From assembly GCF_000025925.1 (NCBI RefSeq), contig NC_014033.1:3060001-3092000 (forward strand): 32,000 nt of DNA, in the 5' to 3' direction. The notes under the pieces were generated by a model, which made no database searches, was not told the DNA's origin, and saw only the letters and a program-made list of their open reading frames with translations. The stretch is from Xylanibacter ruminicola 23 (GTDB taxonomy: Bacteria > Bacteroidota > Bacteroidia > Bacteroidales > Bacteroidaceae). A program made the translations under genes and the position numbers. Shown here piece after piece: positions 26,522 through 32,000 of this stretch; position 1 is the stretch's first letter, and each line of letters opens with the position of its first letter.

Positions 26522-28621
26522 ATGTTTTTAGGATTACTATTATCAGCAATGTTGGTGGTTGAAGGACCAGAGGTTACACCCGCCGACACAACCACAGCCC
26601 GCTCGTACAAGCTCGACGAAGTGGTGGTTAGTGCGTTTAAAACAAACAAATACGAGTTGGTGCCTGCATCGCGTTCGGCTTTGTCGGCTCGTCAGCTCAG
26701 TAATCAGCAGATAACAGGACTTAAGGAGTTAACTGCCGTTATTCCCAATTTCTATATGCCCGACTATGGTTCGAGAGCCAGTTGCCCCGTGTTTGTACGC
26801 GGTGTGGGTAATAAGTCGGATGGAACAGGTATCGGCTTTTATGTAGATGGTATGCCTTTCTACGAGCCCCTCTCGTTTGATTGCGATCTGGGCGATGTTG
26901 CCTCGGTTGAGGTGCTACGTGGTCCGCAGGGTACATTGTATGGTAGAAATGCCATCGGTGGTATTGTAAACATCAGTACCCGTAACCCATTGGAGTATCA
27001 GAACACCCGTGTTCGTCTGGGCTATGGTAAATATAACGATTTGCGCACGCAGATATCTAATTACACCAAGGTATCGGATAAGTTCGGTTTTACCTTTGGT
27101 GCACTCTATCATCATAACGATGGCGCCTTCCGTAATAGCTATCTGAACGAAAAGGTAGATAAGATGAACGAGACCGAGGAGCGTATAGGATTGTATTATA
27201 AGCCATCTGATAATTGGTTGATACGCCTTAACAGCCATTTTTCCTACAGCGATCAGGGAGGTTATCCCTATGCCCCAGTGAATGTTGAAACCAATACGTT
27301 GCAGGATATCAACTACAACCGTTATAGCTCATTCCGTCGCCTTATCAGCACCAATGGTCTGGGTATTACTTATAATGGTCCTGTGGTTAGCTTTAATAGC
27401 CAGACATCGTTCCAGTATATCAACTCAAAGCAGGCTATCGATCAGGACTTTACTGTTAACGACAAGTCGTTTGTAGAGAATGCCCGCCACCAGAATATGG
27501 TGTCGCAGGAGTTTACTCTCAAGTCGAATAACGATAGCCGTTACCAGTGGGTGGTTGGTGCCTTTGGCATGATGGAGCATGTGGATCGTACAGTTGATAA
27601 CTTCTCACCATCAGCAGGCTCGCTCAGTCATACCAACTATTGTGTTCCAACCAGTTCGTTGGCCCTGTATCACCAGAGTACCTACAACATCTGGCAGGGA
27701 CTTTCGGCTACAGCTGGTATCCGTTTTGATTATGAGCATGCAAAGACCAACTATGATAATCTAAAAGTAAAAGCCTCGCCACTATCCGATGGAGGTTTTA
27801 CGTTGGTTGATCCCAGTCAGATGTCTTCGGCTACAGGCGAATCTTTCGAGAGCAGCAAGGATTTTACACAGGTAACACCTAAGTTTACGCTTCAGTATCT
27901 TACTACCGAGGATAACCTCTACTATGTGTCAGTTACTCGTGGCTATAAACCAGGTGGTTTCAATAAGTCGTTCTCTACATTCGATGAGCGTTCGTACGAG
28001 CCGGAATACAGTTGGAACTACGAGGTTGGCGCCAGCATTAACCTGCTGAACAATCTGCTTACCCTGAGTGCCGACCTGTTCTATATCGATTGGCGTCACA
28101 TGCAGATTACTTCTACCATTACAGGCGTGGGTAATATCACCACCAATGCTGGTCATACAGATAGCAAGGGTGCTGAGTTGAATGTAATCGTGCGTCCTGT
28201 TGAGGGCCTGCAGTTCACGGCTAACTATGGATATACTTATGCCCGTTTCCTCTCTTATGTAAAGAGTGCCACAGTAGATTATACTAATAATCGCCTGCCC
28301 ATGGTGCCCAACCACACGCTAAGCCTCGATGCCAACTACACCATCAACCCCACAGGTTGGTTAGATCGTGTGATGTTCAATGTAGGTTTGCGTGGCTTGG
28401 GTCGTATCTACTGGGCCGAGGATAATCTGGTAAGTCAGGATTTCTATACCACACTCAACGCCAAGGTAGCCTTTACCAAGGGTATTGTTACCTGGGAGGT
28501 ATGGGGTAAGAACCTGACTGATACCAACTATATGGCTTACGGCTTTAAGTCATCTACCGGCAACTATGCCCAGGCAGGCAAGCCATTGATGTTTGGAACC
28601 ACTATCGAGTTAAATTTCTAA
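26522..28621 (+). CDS. TonB-dependent outer-membrane receptor
   Basis: It has a TonB-box-like 'LDEVVVSA', a plug domain ('VEVLRGPQGTLYGRNAIGGIVNI'), a long beta-barrel and a C-terminal 'TTIELNF' ending in an aromatic residue. Confidence 0.9.
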   Translation: MFLGLLLSAMLVVEGPEVTPADTTTARSYKLDEVVVSAFKTNKYELVPASRSALSARQLSNQQITGLKELTAVIPNFYMPDYGSRASCPVFVRGVGNKSDGTGIGFYVDGMPFYEPLSFDCDLGDVASVEVLRGPQGTLYGRNAIGGIVNISTRNPLEYQNTRVRLGYGKYNDLRTQISNYTKVSDKFGFTFGALYHHNDGAFRNSYLNEKVDKMNETEERIGLYYKPSDNWLIRLNSHFSYSDQGGYPYAPVNVETNTLQDINYNRYSSFRRLISTNGLGITYNGPVVSFNSQTSFQYINSKQAIDQDFTVNDKSFVENARHQNMVSQEFTLKSNNDSRYQWVVGAFGMMEHVDRTVDNFSPSAGSLSHTNYCVPTSSLALYHQSTYNIWQGLSATAGIRFDYEHAKTNYDNLKVKASPLSDGGFTLVDPSQMSSATGESFESSKDFTQVTPKFTLQYLTTEDNLYYVSVTRGYKPGGFNKSFSTFDERSYEPEYSWNYEVGASINLLNNLLTLSADLFYIDWRHMQITSTITGVGNITTNAGHTDSKGAELNVIVRPVEGLQFTANYGYTYARFLSYVKSATVDYTNNRLPMVPNHTLSLDANYTINPTGWLDRVMFNVGLRGLGRIYWAEDNLVSQDFYTTLNAKVAFTKGIVTWEVWGKNLTDTNYMAYGFKSSTGNYAQAGKPLMFGTTIELNF

Positions 28622-28636
28622 ACCAATAATAGTTTC

Positions 28637-29863
28637 ATGGCAACAACCACCAGCGTAGATAATGTAAGGAGATTGAATCTCGCTACGTTTTTCTGTCTCT
28701 ACATAGCGCAGTTCATCCCCTCAACGTTTATCACTACTGCCATGCAGGTAAGTATGCGCCAGGCCAATTATGGTCTGGCCACTATCGGCCTGCTACACTT
28801 AGTGCATATCCCCTGGCTCGTTAAGTTTCTTTGGGCCCCTATGGTAGATCGCCAGTGTTCTCATCTGGCCAGCTATCGCCGTTTCATCCTGCTAATGGAG
28901 TCGGTCTATGCCCTTTCAATCATGTGTATCGGATTCTTGGATATCTCCTCCGATATCTACTTTATCTTTGTGTTAGTTTTTATATCGATGTTTGCATCGG
29001 CTACACAGGATATTGCTACCGATGGTTTGGCGGTGAGGGCTTTTGGTAAGGGTGATCATAGTGCTGTGAATAGTATGCAGTCGATGGGACGTTACGCTGG
29101 TGCTTTCTTAGGTAGTGGTATCTTTATCGTGATGCTCGACCATTTTGGTTGGAGTGTTGTTTTCCCGCTGTTGGGATTGGTGGCTTGGTTCATGGTGGTG
29201 CCTTTGCAGTTTAATAAGAAGATACATATCGAGCCACGTTCGCCCAAACAGCGTGCCAAGCTGATGGATTTTATGTGGTTCTTCTCGCGCAAGGAAATTA
29301 TCCCACACGTGATCTTCCTGTTGCTCTACTTTATGGGTATCATCGGCATTATTGCCAATGTGCGCCCTTATATGGTTGACTTGGGCTATAACATGAAGGA
29401 GATTGGTGTGTGGTTTGGTATGGTGGGTACAGCCACATCGTTTGTGATGGCTTGGGTGGCCCATGTGCTAATCCGTCGTATCGGTATGTATCGAGCTCGC
29501 TTGATGGTGGCCTTCATGATTGTTACAGCTCCGCTATATTTCCTGCTGCTAACGTTTATTTCGCCTACACTCCCCCTATTGGTAGGTGGTTTGCTGCTGG
29601 TAAAAACATGTCATGCCTTTGCGTCGATTGTGGTTTATACCACAGCGATGGATTGTGTACGCGATGGACGTGAGGGAACCGATTTCACCATCCAGGTGGT
29701 TGTGGTTCATCTCAGTTCGTCGCTCATCTCGATTATCTCAGGTGGTGTAGGTGAGTGGCTCGACTATCGTGGCCTCTATCTCATCGAGCTTGGCATTGCG
29801 CTCGTAAGTCTGATTTATGTAATTCGTGTGTTTAAACCTAATCAGATGCTGGCCAAATGGTAA
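28637..29863 (+). CDS. MFS transporter of the AmpG / acetyl-CoA-transporter-like (PAT) family
   Basis: It has about 12 hydrophobic segments. 'HIPWLVKFLWAPMVDR' matches the AmpG-family 'FKFLWSPLMDR' region as I recall it. Confidence 0.8.
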   Translation: MATTTSVDNVRRLNLATFFCLYIAQFIPSTFITTAMQVSMRQANYGLATIGLLHLVHIPWLVKFLWAPMVDRQCSHLASYRRFILLMESVYALSIMCIGFLDISSDIYFIFVLVFISMFASATQDIATDGLAVRAFGKGDHSAVNSMQSMGRYAGAFLGSGIFIVMLDHFGWSVVFPLLGLVAWFMVVPLQFNKKIHIEPRSPKQRAKLMDFMWFFSRKEIIPHVIFLLLYFMGIIGIIANVRPYMVDLGYNMKEIGVWFGMVGTATSFVMAWVAHVLIRRIGMYRARLMVAFMIVTAPLYFLLLTFISPTLPLLVGGLLLVKTCHAFASIVVYTTAMDCVRDGREGTDFTIQVVVVHLSSSLISIISGGVGEWLDYRGLYLIELGIALVSLIYVIRVFKPNQMLAKW

Positions 29864-30639
29864 AACGTATTTTATTTACAGCTCCCGACACCTATCATGT
29901 AAGTTTGCACGAGGCTTTTGGCAAACGCCCCACATGCAGCTTTCATCCCATGTTTGTGCCTTTTATCAGCAGTACCTTACTGCCCCCTGGTGGCACTTTC
30001 CTGCCGTTCTGTAATCAGTTGGCATCGTACGATTATATTATCTGCACAAGCATCATGGCCGTCAGGGCACTTTCCTCTGCTGGTGTCGACAGATCGCTTA
30101 TTGATGGTAAGGTAGTAGCCATAGGTAAAGATCAGAAAGTCGTGCAGGAGTTTCTGGGTGTTACAGTGGCATTACCACATGCCAAACCCAGTTTGATGGG
30201 GATTATCGAGGCTTTGGAAAGCGAACAGGCACTACAGTCGAAGCGTATTGCTGTGCTGTGGCCTAAATATAGCGGACTGCCTGTTCCGCCAACGATCACC
30301 AATTTCCAGAATGCCCTAAGCGCAACAGGTGCCGACGTATCATATGTATATTGCTATCGTACCACAGCTATGAGCGATGAGTACTATGCCGAAACAGCCG
30401 ATGCCCTACGTAGCGGTAATATAAGCGCTGTAGCCCTCACCAGTGGTGGCGAGGCCTACGTATTATCAAGAATTATGAAATTTGCCGAAACACAGGGCCA
30501 GCCTGTTAACGTGCCTATCTACTCGTTTGGTCCTTACACCACACGATGCGCTGAGGAGGCTGGCTTAAACGTAACAGGCACCTCCCCCAATCAATATAGC
30601 TTTTCTGACTTTATTGATTATCTCGAAACGGAGATATAA
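29857..30639 (+). CDS. hemD: Uroporphyrinogen-III synthase-like (HemD fold) protein
   Basis: It shows the two-lobed HemD pattern: 'YDYIICTSIMAVRAL', 'VVAIGKDQKVV', 'KRIAVLWPK...VSYVYCYRT', 'ISAVALTSGGEAYVL' and 'IYSFGPYTTRCAEEAGL'. It overlaps the MFS gene by 7 nt. Confidence 0.65.
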   Translation: MVKRILFTAPDTYHVSLHEAFGKRPTCSFHPMFVPFISSTLLPPGGTFLPFCNQLASYDYIICTSIMAVRALSSAGVDRSLIDGKVVAIGKDQKVVQEFLGVTVALPHAKPSLMGIIEALESEQALQSKRIAVLWPKYSGLPVPPTITNFQNALSATGADVSYVYCYRTTAMSDEYYAETADALRSGNISAVALTSGGEAYVLSRIMKFAETQGQPVNVPIYSFGPYTTRCAEEAGLNVTGTSPNQYSFSDFIDYLETEI

Positions 30640-30641
30640 CC

Positions 30642-31451
30642 CTATTTGATTTTCGAGGTCATCGCGCTGCGAACACCTTTATAATTATTCAGGTAGGCCT
30701 TGGCACTTCCGAACGAAAGGAACATGTCGAGGCGTACTGGTATATGGTTCTGATCGTCGGTGATATAGAAGCGGATAAGCTCGTGACTTTTTCCGTCCTC
30801 GCGCTCATAGAACGACATTACCAGGCAACGGAATTTCTCCTTTGAACCATTCATCTTGAAGGTTTCGCGACCACGGAACTCCAACCACGAGTTAGACAGA
30901 TTACGTGCATCGCTGATAGGGGTGGGGATAACCTGACCCTTCTTCAGTTTGGTGGCATCGAAGTTGCGGGCACGCAGGAAGATCGACATCATATCGTAAA
31001 TACAGTTACGATAGGTGCTGGTTTTCCAATGCTGTTCGCCATCGGCATCAATACGGTGCTTCTTCAGCTGACAGTTGCCATTAGGATAGGTGTACCATAT
31101 CTCATCTACATAGTATCTGCTACCTTCACGGGCGCCTTTGCGGAAATACATTGGCGAAAGATCGGGATTGCAGTACGACAGCAAGGTATCGCGCATAGTG
31201 AAGTACTTGTCGAGCTTAGAGTTTCCACGTGTAATCAGGTACGATTTCCACGCATCCTTGCCCTCAAACTTGGTCATCTTTGTATCCATCTGGGCCGATC
31301 CAACCTTTACCCAAATAAACTGCCAGTTAAAGTAAAGGTCGTACTCCAGGCTCTCGCCGCTCTTAAAGGCGGTATTGGCAATTCCACACTGGGCATGGGC
31401 CGAGAGGCCTGTGCCAAGCATAATCATCAGCGAAAGAATTATCTTCTTCAT
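30642..31451 (-). CDS. DUF3108-like secreted protein
   Basis: It has a signal peptide (MKKIILSLMIMLGTGLSAHA). 'GESLEYDLYFNWQFIWVKVGSAQMD' resembles the DUF3108 N-terminal pattern. Confidence 0.65.
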   Translation of the reverse strand: MKKIILSLMIMLGTGLSAHAQCGIANTAFKSGESLEYDLYFNWQFIWVKVGSAQMDTKMTKFEGKDAWKSYLITRGNSKLDKYFTMRDTLLSYCNPDLSPMYFRKGAREGSRYYVDEIWYTYPNGNCQLKKHRIDADGEQHWKTSTYRNCIYDMMSIFLRARNFDATKLKKGQVIPTPISDARNLSNSWLEFRGRETFKMNGSKEKFRCLVMSFYEREDGKSHELIRFYITDDQNHIPVRLDMFLSFGSAKAYLNNYKGVRSAMTSKIK

Positions 31452-32000
31452 TTCTTGCTATCTACATTTATGCCCTTATCCTTCAGGTATTCTATACCCA
31501 TTTGGCGGGCGCGTTCTACATTTCTGTTCTTTAGTTTCTTGGCAGCCTCTGGTTTCTGTTTGGTAATCTTCTCTGGCTTTTGTTTGTACACGGGTACAGC
31601 CGTTACATTCCAGTTAAGATTCAAATCCCATTTGGCTTTGCCTTCTATCTCTTTGGGATAGTAATAAACAGCCTCTGCCTGTCGGCCTTCGGCATAGTCT
31701 CCTGTATCCCAGATGCCGTTACCATTACTATCGATAAAGGCACTTACGTAATACTTCTCGGGTTTAAGGTATTTAAATTCGGCCACATGGTTATTTACAT
31801 GGGCCAGTTTTACTACTTTATCCGAACCGTTAAGCAACTGAACCACCATGGCAGAATCTTCTATACCCGAGATGTTAAGTTTCAGCGTGCCGTATTCGTC
31901 TTCGCCCTTAACCTTGATGCCTTGTTTATAGGCATTAGATACTTTGCCATAGATATCTACGAAAGCTGCAGAATCTATCTCAAGGCTATACTCTATGCCT
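31448..32000 (-). CDS. C-terminal part of a larger, probably Ig-like-domain, protein (5' end lies outside the window)
   Basis: The frame stays open upstream of the listed Met, all the way to base 32000 (my hand translation: ...IEYSLEIDSAAFVDIYGKVSNAYKQGIKVKGEDEYGTLKLNISGIEDSAMVVQLL...). 'IDSNGNGIWDTGDY' is typical of Bacteroidetes Ig-like/SbsA-type proteins. It forms an ATGA-type overlap with the DUF3108 gene. Confidence 0.5.
   Translation of the reverse strand, partial: GIEYSLEIDSAAFVDIYGKVSNAYKQGIKVKGEDEYGTLKLNISGIEDSAMVVQLLNGSDKVVKLAHVNNHVAEFKYLKPEKYYVSAFIDSNGNGIWDTGDYAEGRQAEAVYYYPKEIEGKAKWDLNLNWNVTAVPVYKQKPEKITKQKPEAAKKLKNRNVERARQMGIEYLKDKGINVDSKK

Noticed and set aside
1-32000. Scanned for mobile elements, integrases/transposases, toxin-antitoxin pairs, restriction or other defence genes, CRISPR arrays, and tRNA, rRNA or riboswitch-sized intergenic regions.
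   Set aside because: No ORF shows transposase, integrase, nuclease, helicase or defence motifs. Apart from the 411-bp DnaA-box region, no intergenic spacer exceeds about 125 bp. No spaced direct-repeat arrays were seen. On this evidence the window is core chromosome, not an accessory island.

Overview
This looks like a core-chromosome segment of a Bacteroidota genome of Prevotella/Bacteroides type. The taxon call is inferred from TAnnTTTG-type promoter motifs, a T9SS C-terminal sorting domain, a TonB-dependent receptor and the gene families present. I support about 31 protein-coding genes and find no rRNA, tRNA, CRISPR array or recognisable mobile or defence element. Gene order: leuS (5'-truncated), a YitT-RdgB fused ORF, a PorZ-like T9SS propeller protein, nadA (-), then a 411-bp AT-rich intergenic region carrying six DnaA-box-like 9-mers. 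Next come a TrmH-family methyltransferase and a 3-gene ECF-sigma cassette whose sigma carries a C-terminal TM helix. After that, metG heads a glycan module: Wzx-like flippase, TarI/IspD-like cytidylyltransferase, SDR, LicD-family transferase and a GT-A glycosyltransferase. A convergent 8-gene, translationally coupled minus-strand operon follows: yicC, gmk, nadD, a phosphoethanolamine-transferase-like enzyme, two family-3 acyltransferases, a HAD-IB hydrolase and an unknown polytopic membrane protein. The window ends with a secreted histidine phosphatase, a hemE / TonB receptor / AmpG-like MFS / hemD-like cluster, a DUF3108-like gene and a partial Ig-like gene. I do not see a classical novel defence-type system. 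The points most worth follow-up are: (1) the DnaA-box cluster as a candidate oriC or DnaA regulatory site; (2) a predicted CDP-ribitol / LicD, teichoic-acid-like decoration pathway; (3) two heme-pathway enzymes bracketing an outer- plus inner-membrane transporter pair; (4) three 22-bp-phased palindromes inside an acyltransferase ORF; (5) a membrane-tethered ECF sigma. All functional calls rest on motif recognition in the supplied translations. No database search was run.
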